The position numbers and the translations under genes are program-made. The notes under the pieces were generated by a model. The model worked only from the letters and a program-made list of their open reading frames with translations. It searched no databases and had not been told where the DNA came from. From positions 1 to 58,215 of the IMG/VR virus record IMGVR_UViG_3300010354_000102: 58,215 nt of DNA; one strand, written 5' to 3'. Every line of letters starts with the position of its first letter. The first letter of the stretch is position 1. Origin of the DNA: a virus (taxonomy: Duplodnaviria; Caudoviricetes). Shown in pieces: positions 1 to 8,392 of the stretch.

Positions 1-390
1 AATCATCTTTTGAAGATCTGCTGTGGTGCCAATAAACATTGTGTTATTTACTGTAGTTGGAGTTGATTTTTTATCTTCTTTACCAAGATTCTTCATCTTA
101 TGCTGAAGGTCAATCAGTTTGTCAGTCATGTCTGAGACCTGCTTCATAGCGTTCACAGCGACCTCATACGCTCTAGGATGCCCAGACTCCTGAGCAACCT
201 CTAACGCCCCTTGCACCGCCTCCTGACCCTGTGAGATGAGTCTATATAACTCTCCTCTGGTATATTCATAATCTTTATTGGCATCTATCGATACCTCACT
301 ATTCGCTTGTGTAATCATCTCAGTGGTTTTTTCTATGGGTGCAATTTCAATATCAAATATTTCTTCCATGTTCTTTTCAAACTCGTTCAT
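1..390 (-). CDS. gp16: Terminase small subunit (runs off the window edge; not in the ORF track)
   Basis: Hand translation from ATG at 390: MNEFEKNMEEIFDIE...DYEYTRGELYRLISQGQEAVQGALEVAQESGHPRAYEVAVNAMKQVSDMTDKLIDLQ...NNTMFIGTTADLQKMI, typical of cyanophage gp16; ATGA overlap with the gp15 stop. Confidence 0.93.
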   Translation of the reverse strand, partial: MNEFEKNMEEIFDIEIAPIEKTTEMITQANSEVSIDANKDYEYTRGELYRLISQGQEAVQGALEVAQESGHPRAYEVAVNAMKQVSDMTDKLIDLQHKMKNLGKEDKKSTPTTVNNTMFIGTTADLQKMI

Positions 391-1184
391 AGTAGTGTAA
401 TACCTTCATTGAATCCAAAATCATCATCTGGCATCAACAGTGCATCATCTGCAGTGTCAACATCATTATCACCATCTTGGTCTGTAAGTGCTTTTGGAGT
501 AACATCATATCTAACAGCTCTTCTATGCTGTTGGAAGTCTCCAAGTGTTTCAAATACAGTTGCTTTGCGAATAATCTGAGCATCTGTCACAGGACCATAC
601 ATATAAGTTTTTAATGTAAATGATAACGTATAGATAATAGCTCTTCTACGCATCATATCATCTTCATAATCATCTTCATAACTTATATTGTTTAAGATAA
701 TTGGTAAATCTTTTTTCTCATCCATTTCTGGAATAAGATTAATAGTTACATTAAAAGATGGTTGGAAGTATGGTAAAATTTGCTCAAGAATCTGTAGAGC
801 ATCATCTTGATTTCTAGATAAAATTCCAAGTTCAAATTCAAGATTGTAAGGAACAGGCATATACTGAACACTTACTGCATCAGCATTATCTTTTTTCAAA
901 TACTTTTGAATGGGAGAAGTCTTCCTAGAAGGATCGTAAGTAATACCAGTCATCTCAAAAGAGATACGTGGCATTGTAATACTGACCTTGCGTTCAGTGC
1001 TTGGATCTTGATCTAAGCGAGCAAGGAACTTACTCTTAGGACCATAAGCAAGTGCTACCTTTTCTTGACGAATGACCGCACCAGTTTCGGGATCTTTTTT
1101 TTCAATCTGAACATTGTTAAAAATTGTTCCGAATGCCTTTACATTTTTTTTAATAATTTCGTGATAAAAATGATTACCTAACAT
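387..1184 (-). CDS. gp15: Tail sheath stabiliser / tail terminator
   Basis: FYHEII...AFGTIFNN, LAYGPKSKFLARL, MPRISFE, PVPYNLEFEL, QILEQILPYFQP motifs; gp13-14-15-16 synteny. Confidence 0.95.
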   Translation of the reverse strand: MLGNHFYHEIIKKNVKAFGTIFNNVQIEKKDPETGAVIRQEKVALAYGPKSKFLARLDQDPSTERKVSITMPRISFEMTGITYDPSRKTSPIQKYLKKDNADAVSVQYMPVPYNLEFELGILSRNQDDALQILEQILPYFQPSFNVTINLIPEMDEKKDLPIILNNISYEDDYEDDMMRRRAIIYTLSFTLKTYMYGPVTDAQIIRKATVFETLGDFQQHRRAVRYDVTPKALTDQDGDNDVDTADDALLMPDDDFGFNEGITLL

Positions 1185-2083
1185 TAGAATACTCCCATAT
1201 TACCATATTCGCCAAATGGATTTCCTTCTGTGAAATCGAGAATAGCATCTGCTTTTGATTCCATAATTTTGTTTTGATCATTATCGTAGTTATCGATTTC
1301 AAATTCGATCGTGGAGAATGTATCTACTATCCAAGAGGCACCACTATCTTGCCCAACTAAAGCAACATTTGGTTTTAATACTCCATTTATATATGTTAAA
1401 CGAAGTTTACGTGTAGCAGGTGACCATTCGGCAACTGTTGCTTTTGTTGTTACTGGAGATCCATCTACAGTGTATGTCTGTCTAACTTCTTCTCCAACTA
1501 CAAATGCTCCTGTTCCACCCGTCTTCACTGTAACTGGAAATACATGTGACTCTTGAGTGAGACTATCTATATCAGAATCTCCAGTGTCAAAGTAATTGTC
1601 TGCATTTTCAAGGAGTTCACAAGTTAAGGAAAAAATATAATTTTTACCTAATTGATAAAAAGGAACTTCTCTTTCTACAAATTTAATTTCATAAAGATTT
1701 TTAGTCATTGGAACATAAAGAAGATCACCTTCATTAGGTCTATCTGGAACTCTAGTATCAATTTCTGTTTCAACATAATTTATCCAACGTCTTTTGGATA
1801 CTGCATATGTAATCTCATCGCTCAATCTAAGACCAAACTTAGACATTGCAACTGCACCAGAACCACCAAATCCTTCAACATTAATTAACATCATTTCAAT
1901 GGTAACTTTGTCTTCAAACTTTGATAACACTACATCATTTAATGTTTTATCAATTAACATTGTTTTTGGCACATAGATAACATCTTGCCCAAACAGTTTA
2001 ATCTGTTCATCTACAAGATCTTGAACTAGTGTTTGTTCTGATGTTCTTCCACCATACTGGGGAAAGTATTGACTCTTTGCCAT
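1184..2083 (-). CDS. gp14: Neck protein
   Basis: EQTLVQDLVDEQIKLFGQDVIYVP, SKFGL, RPNEGDLLY, PFYQLGK motifs; synteny. Confidence 0.95.
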   Translation of the reverse strand: MAKSQYFPQYGGRTSEQTLVQDLVDEQIKLFGQDVIYVPKTMLIDKTLNDVVLSKFEDKVTIEMMLINVEGFGGSGAVAMSKFGLRLSDEITYAVSKRRWINYVETEIDTRVPDRPNEGDLLYVPMTKNLYEIKFVEREVPFYQLGKNYIFSLTCELLENADNYFDTGDSDIDSLTQESHVFPVTVKTGGTGAFVVGEEVRQTYTVDGSPVTTKATVAEWSPATRKLRLTYINGVLKPNVALVGQDSGASWIVDTFSTIEFEIDNYDNDQNKIMESKADAILDFTEGNPFGEYGNMGVF

Positions 2084-2895
2084 TATCCGATTGCGTCAAG
2101 TGGTGGTAGTTCATAATCGGAAAGCATCTTGCTTTCTATTTCATCAATCTCTCTGAGAGCATCTTCATAGATCTGACGACCATTCAAAGATACGCCGCCA
2201 GGTAACTGAACATTATTAAACTTGATTAAATTTTGCCCCCACTGACGTTTGAAAAGAGCAGTGGTGTAACGCTTCAACCAAAAGTCATTCCAAATCTTTG
2301 TGAGGTTTGTTGGATCGAGTGCTCGATAACAATCAATAATTAGAATTTTATCTTTTGTTAGCATAGCGGGATCATAATCAATATAAAGTTTACCGTTTCT
2401 TTTAGTAAATCTATATTGAATTAGTGAACCTGTATTGAGAACCATATCAAGTGTTTCAATATAACTCTTAACCATATAATAGTTTAGAATATCAATTGAA
2501 CCAAAAGCATACAAGTCATTTAAAAATATTTGATATTCGATACCAAAAAGATCTCCACGAATGCTACTAGAAGTAACCCCAAAAATTCGTTCTACCCCAA
2601 TAACATGATCTGGTAATTCTAGATAGTTACCTCTTTCTGTCCACACATCACCGTTTGATGCTGTGTGTGTAATGTTATTTGTTTTAAATCGAGTGACTTC
2701 TGACTGAGTTAACGTGTGCTTGAGATACATTCTTTCAGCACCATCAAAATGACGCTCTTGGAAGAACTGTAATGCTTCGTCAATTCTGTCTTCTAACTGT
2801 TGATTATCAACGTTAATTTCCAGAACAGGCGAACCAAGCTGACGTAAACAGTATTCTTTAAGTTCTGTTCTCGTTGCTGGTTTAGACGCAGACAT
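2083..2895 (-). CDS. gp13: Neck protein / head-tail adaptor
   Basis: ELKEYCLRQLGSPVLEINV, WLKRYTTALFKRQWGQNLIKF, LPGGVSLNG motifs. Confidence 0.95.
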   Translation of the reverse strand: MSASKPATRTELKEYCLRQLGSPVLEINVDNQQLEDRIDEALQFFQERHFDGAERMYLKHTLTQSEVTRFKTNNITHTASNGDVWTERGNYLELPDHVIGVERIFGVTSSSIRGDLFGIEYQIFLNDLYAFGSIDILNYYMVKSYIETLDMVLNTGSLIQYRFTKRNGKLYIDYDPAMLTKDKILIIDCYRALDPTNLTKIWNDFWLKRYTTALFKRQWGQNLIKFNNVQLPGGVSLNGRQIYEDALREIDEIESKMLSDYELPPLDAIG

Positions 2896-2906
2896 TTATT
2901 TCCTAT

Positions 2907-2939
2907 AAAAAATCCCTACATGTATTTATCATGCAGGGA
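2907..2939 (-). terminator. Intrinsic terminator whose loop is a late-promoter core
   Basis: Minus strand TCCCTGCATG-ATAAATA-CATGTAGGGA-TTTTTT: 10-bp stem with one G.U pair, followed by a U tract. Confidence 0.75.
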
Positions 2940-2957
2940 GATTGGGGTATATTTATA
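2923..2957 (-). promoter_or_regulatory. T4-type late promoters for gp13-gp16
   Basis: TATAAATA at 2950-2957 and ATAAATA at 2923-2929 on the minus strand, just upstream of the gp13 ATG. Confidence 0.75.
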
Positions 2958-2960
2958 AGA

Positions 2961-3161
2961 TCATTCTGCTACCACTTCTTCTGCTGGTGCTTCTTCTGTA
3001 GGTGTTGGATCTAGAAGTTCTAGAGTTTCTAAACCACCTTGAAGTTTTAGGCGATACTCTTTTGCTTTCGCTAGTTCATCTTCTAACTTAGCAATTTGCC
3101 CATCAACATTAGTGAGTTGAGTTTGAAAATTTTCCTTTAGTGTTGCGCTGTCAGTAGCCAT
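2961..3161 (-). CDS. Small coiled-coil hypothetical protein (66 aa, MATDSATLKENF...)
   Basis: ATG at 3161 lies 5 nt after the upstream stop; heptad pattern QLTNVDGQIAKLEDELAKAKEYRLKLQGGLETL. Confidence 0.75.
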   Translation of the reverse strand: MATDSATLKENFQTQLTNVDGQIAKLEDELAKAKEYRLKLQGGLETLELLDPTPTEEAPAEEVVAE

Positions 3162-3166
3162 AGTAA

Positions 3167-4858
3167 TCAATTCTCCGTTTTTCTTAATACATAAATTGCT
3201 AAACCATTCCACCAGCTGGCAGAATCTTCTATTTGAGGCGTAAGTATTTGACGCTCAAACAGAACTTCGAGATTATTTATATCTATAAATTTTTGCCCAT
3301 TACGGATAACCCCATCAAAGTTGGCATCATCCAATACCAATATAAAAGTATCTTGTAGATTAGGAAGCAAGTTGGTTAGGCATTCTACCTGTTGATCATC
3401 GTGCTCTCCATCATAGAATACAATATTTGGTTTTCTGGAGAAGTTAGATGCAGATAATTTTCTAGCATCCATATCTATTATAGCAGATTTTAAACTACCA
3501 AACAAGATGTTGTTTCTTGAAAGTTCTGCCTTAGGATTTTCAACACCTCTCCATTCAATATCATCTCTGGCGGGAGAGATAGGAGCAGCAAAGTTATCAA
3601 CTCCGTATGATACAATATCATTACCCATGATAGCAGCAAAGTATGTGCTGCCTGTATAGCATCCAATTTCCAAATATGCATTCTTGGGATCAGAACACAG
3701 ATGATTTAAGAAGTGACGAACTCTATCAGATGACAATCCTTCAATTTTAAATCCTTCTGGTTTAAAGTTTGTTTCCCCAGTTGCCGACTTATCAATCGCA
3801 TCAAGCGTCAGTTTAACAAGTGAATGTAGTTTTCTATCTTGCTTTTTGTGATGAGCTTCGATAACTGCCTCACAGTAGTTGCAATCCCAACAATCAAACT
3901 TACAAGTCTTGATCTTCTCTCTCCAGATATCAATCGGTCTCTCATTCAAACTCTTGTCTTGAATGTAGGTATTGAGTTCTGGGAATAGAAGTTCTTCATC
4001 ATTCGCCCAGCGTTCAATAATATCCATACTTTCTTTAAGACGCATAACACTTTCTCTGCCGTGCATCTTAAAGACATCGATACCCAGATCAAACATCTCC
4101 TCCCAATCCTTTTTCCAGGGCGGAAGGTTTGCTGACTTCAGAACAGCAGAGCTATCTTGCTGCTCCCATTTAGAGCAAGAAACTCTACTGATGATATTTC
4201 CAAAGTATGGTGGTTCGTGGTTCTCTCTTGTGTTATTATAGTGGTAATGCTCAGGCATGATAGGGCAACCACCCCAGCATCCTTCATTAGCAAGCATCGA
4301 GAACTTGACTGGTTTGCCAATCGAAGCACAGTATTCTTTTGCTTCTTTTAGACGCTTTAGTTGTTCTTGGTCTCTCATCAGATCTCTATCGAGATTGATA
4401 TAATGGAAACCAGCTTTAGCAAGAGAAACAATATCGTTTGCTTTAGTAACTTCATGTAGAATAGTATTCTTGATATACAGTTCAGGAAATGCTTTCTGTA
4501 TTTGACCTGTTAGCATCCACGATGTATGAGGAAGCGTGACAGTTCTTACACCTGCTTCATAGATGTAACGGAAGTTATTGATGAATAGATCTAGGTTCTC
4601 TTGAGTAGGTCTGACGTATGGATTGTTAAACGTGGCAGACAGAGGAATACCAGTTTGCTTTTGAATGTATAGAGCGTTGAATGTTGTCTGTCTGAGATCA
4701 TCCTCAAACACATCACCCATAGCATCCTGCATAAACGGAGGCATCCTACAAGTGAAGTAGAGATCAAAAATATATTGTTTGTGTTTTTTCAAAAATGGAA
4801 TAAGAATATCATTAGCAAAATTCTCATCTATCTTTGGATTGATAGGTAAGCTAAACAT
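3167..4858 (-). CDS. U32-family (Fe-S hydroxylase-like) domain fused to a class I SAM methyltransferase (Methyltransf_24-like)
   Basis: N-half: INLDRDLMRD, NEGCWGGCP...C, VFKMHGRE (cf. U32 LKIEGR), CKFDCWDCNYC. C-half: YLEIGCYTGST, VDNF, FYDGEHD, LVLDD. Confidence 0.75.
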   Translation of the reverse strand: MFSLPINPKIDENFANDILIPFLKKHKQYIFDLYFTCRMPPFMQDAMGDVFEDDLRQTTFNALYIQKQTGIPLSATFNNPYVRPTQENLDLFINNFRYIYEAGVRTVTLPHTSWMLTGQIQKAFPELYIKNTILHEVTKANDIVSLAKAGFHYINLDRDLMRDQEQLKRLKEAKEYCASIGKPVKFSMLANEGCWGGCPIMPEHYHYNNTRENHEPPYFGNIISRVSCSKWEQQDSSAVLKSANLPPWKKDWEEMFDLGIDVFKMHGRESVMRLKESMDIIERWANDEELLFPELNTYIQDKSLNERPIDIWREKIKTCKFDCWDCNYCEAVIEAHHKKQDRKLHSLVKLTLDAIDKSATGETNFKPEGFKIEGLSSDRVRHFLNHLCSDPKNAYLEIGCYTGSTYFAAIMGNDIVSYGVDNFAAPISPARDDIEWRGVENPKAELSRNNILFGSLKSAIIDMDARKLSASNFSRKPNIVFYDGEHDDQQVECLTNLLPNLQDTFILVLDDANFDGVIRNGQKFIDINNLEVLFERQILTPQIEDSASWWNGLAIYVLRKTEN

Positions 4859-5541
4859 TAGTATAATCTCTCAAAGTGTTTGATGTCTCTGTCTCTGTCT
4901 GGTGCGTTAAATAACGAATACTCTGTTACTATATCTATTCCTAAAGTTATTCTTTCTTTTTCATTTGGGTTTGGAGTTGTCCAATGAATAATATGTTCTG
5001 GGAATAAAGTCATTGTTCCAGGAACATTAGTTAAAGCTGCCGCATTCATAGAGAATGGATTTTGGTATACGGTGCTAGTTCCTTCTGCCTGCAAGCATAC
5101 ATTTCCAGAAAGAAAACTAAAGGCATCACTACTATGTTGATGTGGATTTAACTTTTCTCCTTTTCTCAGCACGTTAGCCCAACACTGCGCCCATGGTTTT
5201 AATTCCATAATGTCTTCATTGACATATTCACACATTTCACGAATAGCATTATGTAACCATACTTTAAATTTTCTGACTACATAATCACTTCCATCATTGT
5301 CCCATTGTAGAATATTGTATCCTGCAAATTTTGCAGTTAAACTATTTGCGCCCAATCCAGTTCCACCATCATATGTGAGATGTGGATTTGAATTTATAAT
5401 TTCTTTTTCTTTTGAAAGAATTTTTTCAATCAGCATATTTATTTCTGTTTGAATAAAAACTTCACTGTTCCAAAATGGAATAGCATATACTGGAGCAAAT
5501 GGCGTGTGCGACTTTTGGTTTTCAAATAAATTTTTAATCAT
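4858..5541 (-). CDS. 2OG-Fe(II) oxygenase (TIGR02466-like)
   Basis: WANV...HQH...LSG, LFPEHIIH, ERITLGID. Confidence 0.8.
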   Translation of the reverse strand: MIKNLFENQKSHTPFAPVYAIPFWNSEVFIQTEINMLIEKILSKEKEIINSNPHLTYDGGTGLGANSLTAKFAGYNILQWDNDGSDYVVRKFKVWLHNAIREMCEYVNEDIMELKPWAQCWANVLRKGEKLNPHQHSSDAFSFLSGNVCLQAEGTSTVYQNPFSMNAAALTNVPGTMTLFPEHIIHWTTPNPNEKERITLGIDIVTEYSLFNAPDRDRDIKHFERLY

Positions 5542-6199
5542 TGAAATCTCCCATACCTATCATACTATATCTATCTTCGTTAAGATACCAGTTTTCTAAT
5601 ATCCACGGGGAATGAAAAAATCCACCGTTGTAAAATAAAAGTGTATTATATTCCATAGGAGCTATGCAAGTTAGTTCCCAATCTTCATCACCTCTAAAAT
5701 TTTTCCATGGTTCATATCCAACAGCGGAAAGAGATTTATCAAAAAGATGTGAATATTCTTCTTGAGTTAAATCATCAACATGTCTCTTATCTTTATGAGA
5801 CCAAAAAGCAGTTCCACCCAAACAGTTTTGATTTAGCCATAAATTCCAAATCCCATGAAAAGGATCTGAATGAGGAAGATTTGAATTGACTTTCATTCTC
5901 ATATCACCACTATAAATGTTACAAGATACTCTTGCTGGTTGCCATTTAATAACATTTGATTGAATATAACTTGTTATAAACTTAGCAGCCCATGGTGGAA
6001 TGTCTTGTCTAAATCCAGGAGAATATGTATGATCTCTTACTGCAGGAAAAGTTTTTAATAGAGTTTTATACTCTTCTGGATACAACAAAAAATTTCTGAT
6101 TACTTTAAATTTTGTATTGTCATATACAACTTCTTCTAGTTTTGCATCTGGATTGATCTGACAAATTTGTTCCAAATCTTCGTCTTCAAAAAATATCAT
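5534..6199 (-). CDS. 2OG-Fe(II) oxygenase-like (DUF6445-like)
   Basis: PHSD, GGTAFWSH, YNTLLFYNGGFFHSP and a downstream R. Confidence 0.75.
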   Translation of the reverse strand: MIFFEDEDLEQICQINPDAKLEEVVYDNTKFKVIRNFLLYPEEYKTLLKTFPAVRDHTYSPGFRQDIPPWAAKFITSYIQSNVIKWQPARVSCNIYSGDMRMKVNSNLPHSDPFHGIWNLWLNQNCLGGTAFWSHKDKRHVDDLTQEEYSHLFDKSLSAVGYEPWKNFRGDEDWELTCIAPMEYNTLLFYNGGFFHSPWILENWYLNEDRYSMIGMGDFND

Positions 6200-6861
6200 T
6201 GTCTTTCTATCCTAAAACTATAAGATTGATTGTGGATATATCTTGGCATTACATTAAAGGATATTGATATCCTATTATCTTCTTTGTTGTCAGTATATCC
6301 ATGTGCTATATTAGATTGCCATAGAAGTAAATCACCTTCCTCATAATTTACAAATGCTCCCCATGAATTATATTTTGTTGGAAAATTGACTGGAATATCC
6401 ATCGATTGCATAATACTATTCTCTGGATTAAAATCTTTATTTTTAAATCCTATAGGAGCATGTAATCCTTTAATATAATTGACATAATATGTTCCAGATA
6501 CATACGCATTTACATGGGTGTGATGAAATTGCTCTCCGCCAGCATCACATTTATTCAACCAACAATCTGTAATAATAACACCATCTTCCAAATAATATCC
6601 AAGAACATTCTCGATGTAATCAGAACACTTTTCTTCTATCCATTTTTCAAACCATTCAAAGTTTGCATAATCTAATAGATTTTGATTTTCTCTATTAAGA
6701 TAGTGATTTAGCTTAGAGTTTTGTGCGTTTCTTTTTAAAACACTTTCATCGTTTTCTATATCTTTCAGCAAAGAGAAGCACTGCTCTTTTAACTGTAGAT
6801 GCCTTTCTTTTTCTAAAGTATATTTTCCAATTACCCTTGGAAAGATTTCAATTGTCGCCAT
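6196..6861 (-). CDS. 2OG-Fe(II) oxygenase (TIGR02466-like)
   Basis: WLN...HHTHVNAYVSGTYYV, EGDLLLWQSNIAHG, RISISFN. Confidence 0.85.
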   Translation of the reverse strand: MATIEIFPRVIGKYTLEKERHLQLKEQCFSLLKDIENDESVLKRNAQNSKLNHYLNRENQNLLDYANFEWFEKWIEEKCSDYIENVLGYYLEDGVIITDCWLNKCDAGGEQFHHTHVNAYVSGTYYVNYIKGLHAPIGFKNKDFNPENSIMQSMDIPVNFPTKYNSWGAFVNYEEGDLLLWQSNIAHGYTDNKEDNRISISFNVMPRYIHNQSYSFRIERQ

Positions 6862-8392
6862 AGATATTAGTTCTCAAATACTCATATACAGTTGATGATT
6901 GATCTGCTAATTTATTCCAGCGAGATCTCATACTGTTATTTAACATAATAAAATTATCGATCATTTTCTTCTTGTCAACCTGAGGAAAGTTCCATTCCCA
7001 CTCTGATACAACAACTGGGTCAATCATTCTGTAATCCATTCCAGCACAAATACAGTGAACTCCTACTGGTGGGTGATCTTCTACTAGTTCTTGTCTTCTA
7101 GCTAGATCAAAGAATTGTGATGTTGATGGTTGTTGTAAAACCATCTTTTCATCAAATACAGTTCTGTGTATTCTTTCCCAATATGCAGTATCTCTTCTTA
7201 GAGAAAGTGTATAATGCAACGCAACAAAGTGTGCAAAACGATCAAACATTTTTCTGGTAGTGGTGTTATAAACATCTCTATCCCACTGACTATATTCATT
7301 TCTATTCAAAGCACGAACTAGTTTCAAAAGGAACTCATGAACTGTATATAATCCGCTGCTTTGTAATGGTTCAATAAACCCAGCAGCCATACCAATACCA
7401 ACAACATTCTTGACCCAAGTTCTTTCATGAATACCAACACGCATTTTGATGTCTTTGTATTCAACGTCTGATCTATCTCCAAGATATTGTTTGAAATCTT
7501 CTAGTGCCTGCTCTGGAGAAATAGAAGTATCATCATAAACATATCCAGTTCCAATACGAGACCAGAGAGGAATGTTCCAGACCCAACCATGACCGATAGC
7601 GGTGCATGTTGTATATGGTTCTAGTTCCTTCTCTTTATCTTTGTATGGTATCTTTGTAGCCCATGCTCGATTGTTTGGAATAATGTCATTATAAGAAATG
7701 AATGGTTCTTCTAACTTATTCAATAGTAATGCCTTGCTTCCAGAACAATCAATATACAAATCAGCGGTAATAAATCGAGCATCGCCATCAAGGAAAATTC
7801 TTTCAATACCATCTTCTCCAACATCAATTGAAGTGATAGTTGATTGAATATGATTGACACCTCTGGGGATGCAATAGTGATCTCTTAGATATAATCCAAA
7901 CTTTACGCCATCGAAGTGATATGCTGTGTCTCTTTCAAACTTATAGTTTTCTAAATCGGTGCCAGTATAGATCTTATTGTTTTCTACAAACGGCATCATC
8001 GAGTAAAAAGTTCTGCAGTAATCCTGATTGGGAGTTTCTGGATAGTAATACTTTTTAAGTTGCCAATCATTCAATCCAAGAAATTCTTTCTTATAATGTG
8101 GGTGACCTAATGGATTATGAAACCCTCCATCATTTTGCTTATAGAAATCAACAAACTTAATGCTCTGCTTATAAGAAGCATCGCAGTATTTCATGAACTG
8201 CTTTTCATCAATACCGAGGGCAAACATCCATGGTCTGATGCCAGCAAGAGTGCTTTCTCCAACACCAGAGATAGGATGATCTGGGCTTTCTACTACTGTA
8301 ATTTTTTTATCTGGGAAAAATCTTACAAGTGTGGCAGCACTCATCCATCCAGCAGATCCACCACCAACAATAATAATACTATCAAACTTCAT
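6848..8392 (-). CDS. prnA: Flavin-dependent (tryptophan) halogenase family protein with variant FIEPLQSSG
   Basis: GGGSAGW, GVGEST, CDASYK (catalytic Lys), AYHFD, DCSG, GWVWNIP, FIEPLQSSG. Confidence 0.9.
   Translation of the reverse strand: MKFDSIIIVGGGSAGWMSAATLVRFFPDKKITVVESPDHPISGVGESTLAGIRPWMFALGIDEKQFMKYCDASYKQSIKFVDFYKQNDGGFHNPLGHPHYKKEFLGLNDWQLKKYYYPETPNQDYCRTFYSMMPFVENNKIYTGTDLENYKFERDTAYHFDGVKFGLYLRDHYCIPRGVNHIQSTITSIDVGEDGIERIFLDGDARFITADLYIDCSGSKALLLNKLEEPFISYNDIIPNNRAWATKIPYKDKEKELEPYTTCTAIGHGWVWNIPLWSRIGTGYVYDDTSISPEQALEDFKQYLGDRSDVEYKDIKMRVGIHERTWVKNVVGIGMAAGFIEPLQSSGLYTVHEFLLKLVRALNRNEYSQWDRDVYNTTTRKMFDRFAHFVALHYTLSLRRDTAYWERIHRTVFDEKMVLQQPSTSQFFDLARRQELVEDHPPVGVHCICAGMDYRMIDPVVVSEWEWNFPQVDKKKMIDNFIMLNNSMRSRWNKLADQSSTVYEYLRTNIYGDN

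Noticed and set aside
3167-4858. Annotation as a collagenase-like protease
   Set aside because: The U32 peptidase name is historical; conserved Cys motifs and the methyltransferase fusion fit a hydroxylase better
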